Positions 44,920 through 54,507 of a stretch of DNA of 64,000 nt are shown piece after piece. Position 1 is the stretch's first letter, and the number at the start of each line of letters is the position of its first letter. Both the position numbers and the translations under genes were made by a program. The DNA comes from Bacteroidia bacterium (GTDB lineage Bacteria > Bacteroidota > Bacteroidia > Flavobacteriales_D > Parvicellaceae). Below the pieces are notes generated by a model. The model was given only the letters and a program-made list of their open reading frames with translations, searched no databases and was not told the DNA's origin. The DNA lies in the NCBI GenBank assembly GCA_030426105.1, contig JAUHZI010000002.1, positions 67,651 through 131,650 of the forward strand, in the 5' to 3' direction.

Positions 44920-47793
44920 TTGAGCAGAATACTCATAAAAATTGCACTCTTAGCCATAGGAGTGCAATTTTTTTTTATACAAAGTTTAGCTCAAGAACCG
45001 TATCACTATTTTCTGGGAGCAGAAGAATTTGCAAATGTTGATATCTACGAAATCGTTCAAGCTGAGGAGGGGAATTATTGGATTGCAACAGATAATGGAA
45101 TCTATGCTTTTGACGGTTATACATTTAAACAATATACTCATCCAGATCAATTAAGTAACTCTGTTTTTAATTTAATAGAGTCGCCAGATGGGAAGATTTA
45201 TTTTAATAATTTAAATGGGCAAATCTTTTTCGTTGATTCTAATATTGTGGAGTTAATACATCAAGTTCCAGATTCCTTAATTTCACCATTTGTTAGTTAT
45301 AACTTTTTAGATAAAAACACCATAGTTGTTCATGGGAAAGCGCTATATAAGTTTGATGTTGCAACACCAAATAAAATAGTGTTTTTAGAAAGAGATGGGA
45401 TAACGCATCAATATTTTTCTGCAATAAAACCATATGATGAAGAAACATTAGTCGTACACTATTGGTCAGATTCTTTAATATTTATAAATAGTAAAAAATG
45501 TATAAGCTTACCAATTAAATTAGAGAAGGGCGAAAAGCTTTTACCAAGTGCAGTATTAAACACTATTGAACTTCAAGGTGAGTTAGGCTTTAAAGATGCA
45601 GGGAGAATCGTTTATAAAGCAGAAGTTTTAGATAGTAGTGTTAACTTAAGGCAGTTATATCAAGGCCCTTCAAGCTTGTCTAGGTCGTACTCTACAATAA
45701 GCTATTTGTGGTTTGCAAGTGAAAAACAAGGGCTTCAAAGGGTGAACCTTAATACAAATAAAATAGATAAACTATTTAAAAGTTTTTTTATTTCATATGT
45801 GTTTCAAGACCAGAGGGGAAACATTTTGTTAGGAACGTTTGATTATGGGATTATTTTAATTCCTCCAATTCAATCAGAATTGTATATTCCTTCTCAAAGA
45901 TTACCCATTTCAAAATTCAAGATTTTAAATGATTCAATTGTAACTCTAGGAGGAAAGGATGGTAATTTATATTTGTGGAATGGTGGAGCGGAAAAACTAC
46001 TGTTTGAAAAAGGGTATAAAAGAATTGAATTATTAGAGTATATCAAGGCATACAATTATTTATTGTTTGATATAGATAGACCTTATTTATTGAATATAAC
46101 ACATCAGGAAAAAAAGTTTGCACTTGAAGCAAGTTCTATTAAAGATTTTTCCAAGGTTAATGATAGTGTATTTTTATTAGCAGGAAATTTAGGCACGTAC
46201 TTTTTAGAGTTTAGAAACAAAGAGCCTTTACTTACAAAAGTATTAGAAGGGAGGAGTTATGCTGTAGAAAAAGACAAAAAGAATACAATATTGGTGGGTA
46301 CTTCAAAAGGTTTTTTTGCCATTTCTAAGCAAGACCGCAAGGAGGTTAAGCTGAATGATAAAACAATATTGGTTTCAAAGTTAAAAAAGCATGAAAACAC
46401 TGTTTATGTGATTTCTAAAAATAAAGGGTTGTATTTATGGAAAGATGAACAGCTTCAACCTTTTGATGAAGGAACAGTCTTCTCACAAAATAATCATATA
46501 ATAGATATTCATTTTTGGAAGAGTTTATTATTGGTACAACGCAAATATGGTATAGAGCTTGTCACTAAAAAAGGTGATAAACTAGCAGAAATTAATGCAG
46601 CAGATGGTTTGTCTAATGCTCCTATTCAACTCGAAGTGTATGGAGATTATTTATATGCATTACAGGAAAAGGGAATACAGAAGTTAGACTTGAAAAAACT
46701 TCTAGAATATCAACCAAAACCTAAGTTTAAGGGATATCAACTTCTAATTAACGGTAAAGCAGTTGACGAAAGTGAGTTTTTGAATTTAGAGTCAGATAAA
46801 AATAATATTGAATTTAAGGCTTTTGCTCCATATTTAGAGTTGAGCAAAGGGCTTAAATATCGTTTTTATTTAAAGGGGTATGATTTGGATCCCTTAATTC
46901 TAAATTATGATCAAAATAGTATCAATTACAAGTCAATTCCTCCTGGAGACTACATATTTACTGCCACACTTTTATATAAAGGTAAAATGATGGATGAGCT
47001 TTCTTTTAATATGATTATTGATTATCCCTTTTATCAGAAGTGGTGGTTTTATTTATTGGTTATCTGTACGACATTACTTTTAAGTGTCTTGTTTTTTTTA
47101 GTTAGAATTCAGTCAATTAAAAAGAAAAACAAGGAGGTTTTAGAGAAAAAAAGCCTAGAGCAGAAAGCTGTTGAATCTCAGTTAAAGGCTTTACGTTCAC
47201 AAATGAATCCACACTTTATTTTTAATGCGTTAAATTCAATTCAAGACTTGATCTTACAGCAAGATACAGAACGTTCTTATGACTATATTGTTGTTTTTTC
47301 AGAGTTAGTTAGAAACACATTAAATTACTCTAATCGGGAGTTTATCCCTTTACAAGATGAATTAGATTTTTTGGGTGTTTACTTAAGCTTAGAAAAGCTA
47401 AGGTTTAAATCCGATTTCGAATATGTGATTGATAGTCAGGTTAGTGTTGATATAGAAGTTCCTCCACTTGTTATACAGCCTTTTATAGAAAACGCTTTAA
47501 CACATGGGTTACTTCACAAAAGTGGATTAAAAAAGCTTACAATTCAACTCAAAATAGAAGAGCAATTAATTTGTTTTATAGAAGATAATGGAATAGGACA
47601 AGAACGCGCTAGGGCAATTAAAGAACGACAAAATAATAAATACGAATCTTTCTCATTAGGAGCGATTAAAGAACGCATGAAGATATTACAAGAGCAATTT
47701 GGGAAAGAGGCATTTTATACAATAGAAGACTTATATCCACTAAAAGAAGATAAAGGTACAAGAGTAACTTTAATTATGCCTTACAAAAATTAA
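44920..47793 (+). CDS. sensor histidine kinase, LytS/YehU type, with a large extracytoplasmic beta-propeller/Y_Y_Y sensor
   Basis: TTG start; there is no in-frame ATG for roughly 690 codons. Signal peptide present, propeller-like repeats (NYWIATDNGIYAFDG), a single TM (WWFYLLVICTTLLLSVLFFLV), the His_kinase motif NPHFIFNALNSI, and an ATPase domain. Confidence 0.85.
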   Translation: MSRILIKIALLAIGVQFFFIQSLAQEPYHYFLGAEEFANVDIYEIVQAEEGNYWIATDNGIYAFDGYTFKQYTHPDQLSNSVFNLIESPDGKIYFNNLNGQIFFVDSNIVELIHQVPDSLISPFVSYNFLDKNTIVVHGKALYKFDVATPNKIVFLERDGITHQYFSAIKPYDEETLVVHYWSDSLIFINSKKCISLPIKLEKGEKLLPSAVLNTIELQGELGFKDAGRIVYKAEVLDSSVNLRQLYQGPSSLSRSYSTISYLWFASEKQGLQRVNLNTNKIDKLFKSFFISYVFQDQRGNILLGTFDYGIILIPPIQSELYIPSQRLPISKFKILNDSIVTLGGKDGNLYLWNGGAEKLLFEKGYKRIELLEYIKAYNYLLFDIDRPYLLNITHQEKKFALEASSIKDFSKVNDSVFLLAGNLGTYFLEFRNKEPLLTKVLEGRSYAVEKDKKNTILVGTSKGFFAISKQDRKEVKLNDKTILVSKLKKHENTVYVISKNKGLYLWKDEQLQPFDEGTVFSQNNHIIDIHFWKSLLLVQRKYGIELVTKKGDKLAEINAADGLSNAPIQLEVYGDYLYALQEKGIQKLDLKKLLEYQPKPKFKGYQLLINGKAVDESEFLNLESDKNNIEFKAFAPYLELSKGLKYRFYLKGYDLDPLILNYDQNSINYKSIPPGDYIFTATLLYKGKMMDELSFNMIIDYPFYQKWWFYLLVICTTLLLSVLFFLVRIQSIKKKNKEVLEKKSLEQKAVESQLKALRSQMNPHFIFNALNSIQDLILQQDTERSYDYIVVFSELVRNTLNYSNREFIPLQDELDFLGVYLSLEKLRFKSDFEYVIDSQVSVDIEVPPLVIQPFIENALTHGLLHKSGLKKLTIQLKIEEQLICFIEDNGIGQERARAIKERQNNKYESFSLGAIKERMKILQEQFGKEAFYTIEDLYPLKEDKGTRVTLIMPYKN
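44937..44977 (+). terminator. terminator-like hairpin plus T-run embedded in the first codons of the kinase gene
   Basis: 9-bp core stem ATTGCACTC / GAGTGCAAT (44941-44949 / 44960-44968). It is extendable by A/T pairs and followed by a run of 10 T. It begins 27 nt after the sucB stop. Confidence 0.55.
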
Positions 47794-47869
47794 AGCACAT
47801 TGGTAAAATAAAATATGCCAGACATAAAATGTTAAAAATGAATAGCGAAGAAAAAGTTATATTTATTAG

Positions 47870-48625
47870 ATGGATACAATTAGAGCTATAATAGTTGATG
47901 ACGAAGAGAGTGCTAGAAATGTGCTTTCTAATCTATTACAACATTTTTGCGAAAGTGTAAGTGTATTAGCTCAGTGCAGTAATCTTTTGGAAGGAGTAAA
48001 CGCAATACAAAAATATCAACCAGATGTAGTGTTTTTAGATGTAAAAATGCCAAATTATGCGGGCTATGAAATCGTGAATTTTATTGAGGATATTGATTTT
48101 GAAATCATTTTTGTTACTGCTTATGATCAATACGCAATTAAAGCTTTTGAATTAAGTGCGTTAGATTATCTCTTAAAACCTATTAATAGAGTCCGTTTAG
48201 CCGATGCGGTAGAAAAAGTGAGGAGTAAGGTAGATAATACACGTAAAATAGAGCAATTGAAGGTGTTGATTTCTTCAATGAATGAGGAGGTTTTGGAGAA
48301 AATTATTATTTCTGAATTGGGAAATAAAAGGGTTATTGAGGTCAACGACATTATTGCTGTTCAAGCACAAGGTTCGTACTGTACAATTTTTACAAAAGGA
48401 GAAACACAAATTACTGTGAGTAAAAACTTAAAATATTTTGAAAACCTATTCGTTGAAGTTTCTCATTTTTTTCGAACACACAAATCATGGATTATTAACC
48501 TCAAGTCCTTGAAGTCTGTTCAGCTCACAAAGGGCTCAATCGTGCTGGAAGAGGGAGTCAATGCTAAACTATCAAAGTATAGAATAGAAGACTTTAAAAA
48601 AGGAATAAACGATCTTGTTGTTTAA
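47870..48625 (+). CDS. LytTR-family response regulator
   Basis: Receiver domain (IIVDDEE...DVVFLDVKMP) and a C-terminal LytTR DNA-binding domain (FFRTHKSWIINL). Confidence 0.9.
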   Translation: MDTIRAIIVDDEESARNVLSNLLQHFCESVSVLAQCSNLLEGVNAIQKYQPDVVFLDVKMPNYAGYEIVNFIEDIDFEIIFVTAYDQYAIKAFELSALDYLLKPINRVRLADAVEKVRSKVDNTRKIEQLKVLISSMNEEVLEKIIISELGNKRVIEVNDIIAVQAQGSYCTIFTKGETQITVSKNLKYFENLFVEVSHFFRTHKSWIINLKSLKSVQLTKGSIVLEEGVNAKLSKYRIEDFKKGINDLVV

Positions 48626-48726
48626 TTTTTTTCCATTCCTAAATTGTATTGGGACGTTTATAAATCCAATTTAGATTCTTTGCTTAAATGTTTTAACCTT
48701 GTTTTCAAACTAAAAAAGAAGAAAAC

Positions 48727-49722
48727 ATGAAAAACATTCTATTTATTATTTTATCCTTAATAATACTAAAAGGGTTTACTCAAGAAAATCTATTTAAATC
48801 AATAGAAAACTTAGGGTTAAATACAACTTATAAAGTCTATAGTATATATAAGTCTGGAGAAGGATACGAATTGGAAGCTCGGTCTTTTAAGCTACAGTTT
48901 GATATTGTAAACAATAAGTTTGACAAACCAGCTGGACTGAATGCTAAAATGGTAGGTGAAGACAAAACTTATATCACCTATAATAATGAAAACGATATTT
49001 TAGATCATTATTCTAACCCTGCATACATAAGAACAAATAGAGGGTTTAATGAGACCTATTTAGTGGTTGATAGTGTTATTTATTGTTTGTGGAGTATGGA
49101 GGAAGATGCTTCTTCATTTGAGTTGAAATCGATTTATTTACCAATCTTCAAAAAAGAAAAGTCAGATAAGAAGATGTCTTTGAAAGAGAAAATGGCTGCA
49201 GCAAAAAATGCAGTTAAGGATGCTTCTGGAGAGATGAAATACCTTGGTCAATTAAAGAAAAAGAATCATGAAAAAATGATCAAAGATTATATAGCTTCAA
49301 TGAAAAAAGTACAACCGATTTATACCTCTCAAGAGCAAAAAGAACTTGCAGAATTAAAAGCAGATATTGAAAGAGGAAATGCTGAAATTAAAGCAAAAAA
49401 TGATGCCTATTGGGCGTCGGAAGAAGGGCAAGCGATGAGAAAAAGAATGAATGAAGATAGTAAGCAATCAAATGCAGTAGGTAAATGTACTATCGTAAAT
49501 GATTTAGATCAAAGTTATCAATCTAAAAACAATGATGTTCGTTTAGCCTTTTCAGGAGGTTCTACAGCTGCAAAGTCTTTATTAAAGGGACATAAGATGG
49601 AAGTGAATTGCGATGACGTTAAAGTATATATTGGAGTGGAATCTAGTACAGAAAGAAAACGTTATTTATTCTCTACTAGTGGAGCATGTGGAAAAACAAT
49701 TTATTTATCAATGTACTGGTAG
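48727..49722 (+). CDS. exported protein, unknown function
   Basis: 331 aa with a signal peptide and a central Lys/Glu-rich helical region. Confidence 0.6.
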   Translation: MKNILFIILSLIILKGFTQENLFKSIENLGLNTTYKVYSIYKSGEGYELEARSFKLQFDIVNNKFDKPAGLNAKMVGEDKTYITYNNENDILDHYSNPAYIRTNRGFNETYLVVDSVIYCLWSMEEDASSFELKSIYLPIFKKEKSDKKMSLKEKMAAAKNAVKDASGEMKYLGQLKKKNHEKMIKDYIASMKKVQPIYTSQEQKELAELKADIERGNAEIKAKNDAYWASEEGQAMRKRMNEDSKQSNAVGKCTIVNDLDQSYQSKNNDVRLAFSGGSTAAKSLLKGHKMEVNCDDVKVYIGVESSTERKRYLFSTSGACGKTIYLSMYW

Positions 49723-49754
49723 AATAGAACGAATAACTTTTAAAACGAATTAAT

Positions 49755-51101
49755 ATGAAAGAACTATTTACAATTTTATGCTTTGTTTCAAGTGTTGGAA
49801 TGTCTTTTACCCAAACCTATGTTGATGCTAGTGCTATGGGAGCTGATAATGGACAATCGTGGAGCAATGCATATACAGATTTAGGGAATGCCATATATAT
49901 GGCAAATCCAGGGGATACATTATGGGTTAAGCAAGGAATGTATTTTCCTACAGTCAATGAACAAGGTCAAATGCCAGTAAGTCCAAATCAACGCTATTTT
50001 TGGTTAAAGTCAGGGGTCGTTATTTTAGGTGGATTTACAGGGCAAGAAACAATGTTAAGTCAGAGAGATCCCGTCAATAATAAAGCAATTTTGAATGGAA
50101 ATAATCAGTCATACCATGTATTAGAAGTCACAAATATAGCAGATTCAACAGCTGTTTTAGATGGTTTTATGGTAGCGGATGGATTAGCTACTGGAAATGG
50201 ACCAACTCAAAGTGGAGGAGGCTTGTATTTACATACTACTGAAGCTCAATTTTATAATGTAAGAGTTACAAGCAATAGCGCTACTTATCATGGAGCTGGA
50301 CTATATGCTTATCAGTCTAATTGTAGATTCGTTGCTTGTGAAATAGATAATAATAATACCGCGCTTTACGATGGTCCCGCAGGTTATTTTCAAGACTCTG
50401 ATTTGGAGTTTTTTAATTGTTTAATTCGAGATAATCAATCCAATAGGTTTGGGGGGATAGCTTGTTCAGTGAATTCTAATGTGCTGTATCAAAACTGTAC
50501 TTTTGTTAATAATAGCGCAACAAATAATATGTTTCAACTATCCAATACAAATCCAACAGTAGATACATTTGCAATTGATATTAATCATTCAATTATTTAT
50601 GATAATACAAGCCCTGGAAGTATTGGATTGCAAGATGCTGTAAGTTGCAATTTATCAGATACTTGGTCTGATTGGGGGGCAGATAGTGATCCGCTTTTTA
50701 ATAACTCTAGTATTGCTGATTATTCTATTCCTGCAAACTCACCTTGTGTAGATCCAATATTGACAAATTCAACACCTTATAATCCTTATAAAGATTTGGC
50801 TGGAAATGATAGGGTGTTTGGGGCTAATATCGATTATGGAGCATTTGAGTATATTGATATCTCTGCAAGTATTTATGAGACAAATAAAGTGGCAATTGTC
50901 GTGTATCCAAATCCCTCTTCAACCCATTTTAATGTTGGGGGTGTTGTAGCTCAGTCTATAGAACTGTATACAATTGATGGAAAGTTAATAGTAGAAACTG
51001 AAGAGCCAACTATAAGAATAGAAAATCTTAGTACAGGTGCTTATTTCTTAAAAGTGACTACACCAAATCAAACTTATGTAAAACAAGTGGTTAAAAACTA
51101 A
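49755..51101 (+). CDS. T9SS-secreted right-handed beta-helix (pectin-lyase-fold-like) protein
   Basis: The N-terminus YVDASAMGADNGQSWSNAYTDLGNAI...GDTLWVKQGMYFP is typical of this class. Repeated N/G-rich beta-helix turns. CTD VYPNPSSTHFNV...GAYFLKV...VKQVVKN. Confidence 0.75.
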   Translation: MKELFTILCFVSSVGMSFTQTYVDASAMGADNGQSWSNAYTDLGNAIYMANPGDTLWVKQGMYFPTVNEQGQMPVSPNQRYFWLKSGVVILGGFTGQETMLSQRDPVNNKAILNGNNQSYHVLEVTNIADSTAVLDGFMVADGLATGNGPTQSGGGLYLHTTEAQFYNVRVTSNSATYHGAGLYAYQSNCRFVACEIDNNNTALYDGPAGYFQDSDLEFFNCLIRDNQSNRFGGIACSVNSNVLYQNCTFVNNSATNNMFQLSNTNPTVDTFAIDINHSIIYDNTSPGSIGLQDAVSCNLSDTWSDWGADSDPLFNNSSIADYSIPANSPCVDPILTNSTPYNPYKDLAGNDRVFGANIDYGAFEYIDISASIYETNKVAIVVYPNPSSTHFNVGGVVAQSIELYTIDGKLIVETEEPTIRIENLSTGAYFLKVTTPNQTYVKQVVKN

Positions 51102-51134
51102 TAAAGAGTAGTTTAATAGATTATACTTATTAAG

Positions 51135-51170
51135 TCCATATAGTTACGTTAGTAATTATATGGATTTTTT
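51135..51170. terminator. terminator hairpin between convergent genes
   Basis: Stem TCCATATA / TATATGGA with inner TTAC/GTAA pairing, followed by TTTTTT. It touches the oxyR stop codon. Confidence 0.55.
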
Positions 51171-52107
51171 ATCTCCACTCTACAACTTGCCCCCTCTTGG
51201 CATTTAATAGCTCTTGAGGTACAGATTGCTCAATTGTCGTTTTTAAGGCCTCTAACATTCTCTTTTTAGCATGGTTTCTAGAGTAAACAAGTCCAACTTC
51301 TCGTACAGGAGTTTCAGAATCGAAATGCCTTATAATGGTATTTTGTGGATTACAATTATTAATCGCTAATTCAGGCAACAAAGTATAACCACCTTCAGTC
51401 TCAATAATTTTCTTAATCGTTTCCAAAGAACCACTTTCGAATTTAAACATTGCTTCGTCATTATGTTCATCTTGGTAAGAACAAAGGTTTACTACTTGTG
51501 AACGAAAGCAATGTCCTTTCCCTAATAGCCAAAGTCCTTCAGTAGTTATTTCGCTTGTACTCAAAGACTGTTTTGTCGCTAACTCATGTGATTTATTCGC
51601 AAACAATAACATCTTTTCATAAAAAATAGGAGATTCTATTATACTTGTTTCATTTAATGGAGTTACTAATATTCCTACATCAATGGTGTCATTTTTTAAT
51701 TTACTGATAATATCTTCTGTTAGTAATTCTACAACTGTTACATTGATATGTGGATAATTGCTTGTCAAGTTTCCTATAAATAAAGGCAATAAATATGGAG
51801 ATAGTGAGGGGATAACACCAATAGTTAAATCGCCTGATAATGTTGAGTTAAATTCATCAACAACCTCATTTATTTTTTTATGTTCTGTCAAAACGATCCT
51901 TGCTTGCTCAATAATCTTTACCCCAATATCTGTTGGGATAATAGGTTGTTTACTTCGGTCAAAAATTGTTACACCAAGATGTTCTTCAAGCTTTTTAATT
52001 TGCATACTCAAAGTAGGTTGAGTTACGAAACACCTTTCAGCAGCAGTTACAAAATGTCTATAAGTGTCTATTGCTACTATGTATTCTAGTTGGGCTATTG
52101 TTACCAT
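51169..52107 (-). CDS. oxyR: LysR-family redox regulator OxyR
   Basis: N-terminal HTH LEYIVAIDTYRHFVTAAERCFVTQPTLSMQIKKLE. GKGHCFRSQVVNLC has two Cys spaced 9 residues apart, as in E. coli OxyR Cys199/Cys208 (GHCLRDQ...C). Confidence 0.8.
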   Translation of the reverse strand: MVTIAQLEYIVAIDTYRHFVTAAERCFVTQPTLSMQIKKLEEHLGVTIFDRSKQPIIPTDIGVKIIEQARIVLTEHKKINEVVDEFNSTLSGDLTIGVIPSLSPYLLPLFIGNLTSNYPHINVTVVELLTEDIISKLKNDTIDVGILVTPLNETSIIESPIFYEKMLLFANKSHELATKQSLSTSEITTEGLWLLGKGHCFRSQVVNLCSYQDEHNDEAMFKFESGSLETIKKIIETEGGYTLLPELAINNCNPQNTIIRHFDSETPVREVGLVYSRNHAKKRMLEALKTTIEQSVPQELLNAKRGQVVEWR

Positions 52108-52152
52108 TTATAAGGGTTATCTATATAAGTATAAAAACAATCAATTTGATTT

Positions 52153-52168
52153 ATAGTGTTAAATCTAT
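52153..52168. promoter_or_regulatory. candidate LTTR/OxyR operator half-site (ATAG-N8-CTAT)
   Basis: The dyad ATAGtgttaaatCTAT lies in the 92-bp divergent oxyR/VOC intergenic region. Spacing is 8 nt, versus 7 nt in the E. coli consensus. Confidence 0.3.
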
Positions 52169-52199
52169 CAACTTTGTACTGAACAAAAAAATAAACGCT

Positions 52200-52622
52200 A
52201 TGAAAAATCAAAAAATATATTTAGAACACGCCAACATTACAGTAAATAACTTACAAGCTGCAGTAGATTTTTTTATAACTGCTTTTCCGCATTTTAAAAT
52301 TAGAGGAGGAGGGAAAGGAGATAGGGAATGGGTGCATCTAGGAGATGACGAAACATATCTTGCTATTAATGAAGCGACAACTTTTCAAGATCCAATAGAG
52401 AAGAACTATAACCGTATAGGAATAAATCACCTTGGGTTTGTTGTACGAGATGTGGAGGAAATAGCTCATAGATTATTAGCAAAAGGATATAAAAGAGATT
52501 ATCCTAAACAAGTAGAAAAGTATAGAATTCGAGATTATTTTGCTGATGATGAGGGAAATCAGTATGAGTTTGTAGAGTATTTATCTGAAGTCACATCAGA
52601 AAGGAATAGCTACCGAGATTAA
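52200..52622 (+). CDS. VOC (glyoxalase/bleomycin-resistance/dioxygenase) family protein
   Basis: MKNQKIYLEHANITVNN...INHLGFVV pattern. The ORF-track start at 52071 overlaps oxyR, so the internal ATG at 52200 is used. Confidence 0.65.
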   Translation: MKNQKIYLEHANITVNNLQAAVDFFITAFPHFKIRGGGKGDREWVHLGDDETYLAINEATTFQDPIEKNYNRIGINHLGFVVRDVEEIAHRLLAKGYKRDYPKQVEKYRIRDYFADDEGNQYEFVEYLSEVTSERNSYRD

Positions 52623-52629
52623 TCCATAA

Positions 52630-52657
52630 AAAAAGCCTAGTATTTACTAGGCTTTTT
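52630..52657. terminator. bidirectional rho-independent terminator
   Basis: 13-bp perfect stem AAAAAGCCTAGTA / TACTAGGCTTTTT with a very short (2-nt) loop. Confidence 0.75.
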
Positions 52658-52661
52658 ATTA

Positions 52662-54503
52662 TTATTCTACTGTCACAGATTTTGCTAAGTTTCTTGGTTG
52701 ATCGACATTACACTCTCGCATCACAGCAGTGTGATAACTTAATAGTTGAAATGGAATAGTTGCTAATAAAGGAACTAACATATCATCTGTTTTTGGTATT
52801 TCGATAACGTGATCAGCAATGTTTTTTACTACTTCATCACCTTTAGTAACGATTGCAATAACTTTTCCTTTTCTCGCTTTCACTTCTTGGATATTGCTTA
52901 CTACTTTTTCATAACTAGAATCTTGAGTTGCAATCACGTAAACTGGCATTTCTTCGTCAATTAAAGCAATTGGTCCATGTTTCATTTCAGCAGCAGGGTA
53001 TCCTTCAGCATGGATGTATGAAATTTCTTTTAATTTCAAAGCACCTTCTAATGCTACAGGGAAGTTAATCCCCCTTCCTAAGAATAAAGCATTTGGAGCA
53101 TCTTTATAAATTTCAGCAATTCCCTTGATGTATTCATCAGATTGTAATACTTTTTCTACTTTTTCGGGAATGGCATCTAACTCTAACATTAAACGACTAA
53201 AGCGTGTTGGCTCAATAGTTCCTTTATTTTTTCCAAATAACAACGAAATAAGAGTTAGAACAGTCACTTGAGCGGTAAAAGCTTTGGTAGAAGCCACTCC
53301 AATTTCTGGTCCTGCGTGCGTATAAGCCCCACAGTCAGTTGCTCTTGCTATTGTACTATTTACAACATTACAGATACCAATAATTGTAGCGCCTTTAGAT
53401 TTTGCTAATTCAATAGCAGCTAATGTATCAGCAGTTTCACCAGATTGAGAAATCGCTATTACCACATCATTTTCGTCAATAATAGGGTTTCTATACCTGA
53501 ATTCAGAAGCGTATTCTACTTCAACAGGTATTCTCGATAATTCTTCTAATAAGTATTCTCCAACAATTCCAGCATGCCAAGAAGTTCCACAAGCAATAAT
53601 AATTAATCTTTTTGCTGCAAAAATTTTATCTTGATAAGCTTCAATACCTCCTAATGAAATGTAATTTTGGTTTAACATCAAACGTCCTCTCATACAATCC
53701 TTAATTGAACGAGGCTGTTCGAAAATCTCTTTTAACATGAAATGATCGTATCCACCTTTTTCTAAAGTTTCAATTTTCATTTCTAACTCATGGATATATG
53801 GTGTTTTTTCTTGGTTTTTAATTGTTTTCAAAGTTAAACCAGTATCCAAGCTCAATTTTGCTATTTCCCCGTCTTCTAGGTATATAACGTTTTTAGTGTA
53901 TTCTATGATAGGGGTAGCATCTGAGCCTAAAAAGTACTCATCTTCTCCTAACCCAATAACTAAGGGGCTACTTTTCTTAGCCGCGATAATTTCTCTAGGG
54001 TTATCTTCTGAGATTACTACAATAGCGTAGGCACCAATAACTTCATTTAAAGCTTGTCTTGTCCCTTCAAATAAATCACAGTTTTGTTTTTCAACAATAT
54101 CTTCAATCAAATGCATTAAAACTTCTGTGTCTGTCTCACTTTTAAATTCGTGTCCACGAGAGATTAACTCTTCTTTCAAGACGGCATAATTCTCGATAAT
54201 TCCATTGTGAACTAATGCAAACTTCTCATTTCCTGAAGCATGCGGGTGAGCATTGGTATCGTTTGGTTTACCATGTGTTGCCCAACGTGTGTGTCCAATA
54301 CCAACACCTCCAGTTGTGTCTTGATCTTTTGCAAATTTTTCTAATTCAACAACTTTCCCTTGTTTTTTATAGATATTCAATTCATTGCCATTGTTTACAG
54401 CAATCCCTGAGCTATCATAACCTCTATACTCTAAACGCTTTAATCCTTTTAAAACTATTGGAAAAGCCTCTCTGCTTCCAATATATCCTACAATTCCACA
54501 CAT
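52662..54503 (-). CDS. glmS: glutamine--fructose-6-phosphate aminotransferase
   Basis: MCGIVGYIG N-terminus, two SIS domains, and a C-terminal ...KSVTVE. Confidence 0.95.
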   Translation of the reverse strand: MCGIVGYIGSREAFPIVLKGLKRLEYRGYDSSGIAVNNGNELNIYKKQGKVVELEKFAKDQDTTGGVGIGHTRWATHGKPNDTNAHPHASGNEKFALVHNGIIENYAVLKEELISRGHEFKSETDTEVLMHLIEDIVEKQNCDLFEGTRQALNEVIGAYAIVVISEDNPREIIAAKKSSPLVIGLGEDEYFLGSDATPIIEYTKNVIYLEDGEIAKLSLDTGLTLKTIKNQEKTPYIHELEMKIETLEKGGYDHFMLKEIFEQPRSIKDCMRGRLMLNQNYISLGGIEAYQDKIFAAKRLIIIACGTSWHAGIVGEYLLEELSRIPVEVEYASEFRYRNPIIDENDVVIAISQSGETADTLAAIELAKSKGATIIGICNVVNSTIARATDCGAYTHAGPEIGVASTKAFTAQVTVLTLISLLFGKNKGTIEPTRFSRLMLELDAIPEKVEKVLQSDEYIKGIAEIYKDAPNALFLGRGINFPVALEGALKLKEISYIHAEGYPAAEMKHGPIALIDEEMPVYVIATQDSSYEKVVSNIQEVKARKGKVIAIVTKGDEVVKNIADHVIEIPKTDDMLVPLLATIPFQLLSYHTAVMRECNVDQPRNLAKSVTVE

Positions 54504-54507
54504 CTTA

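Noticed and set aside
54504-54507. glmS ribozyme upstream of glmS
   Set aside because: Only 4 nt separate glmS from the preceding gene, which leaves no room for the ~170-nt ribozyme. It is also not expected in this lineage.
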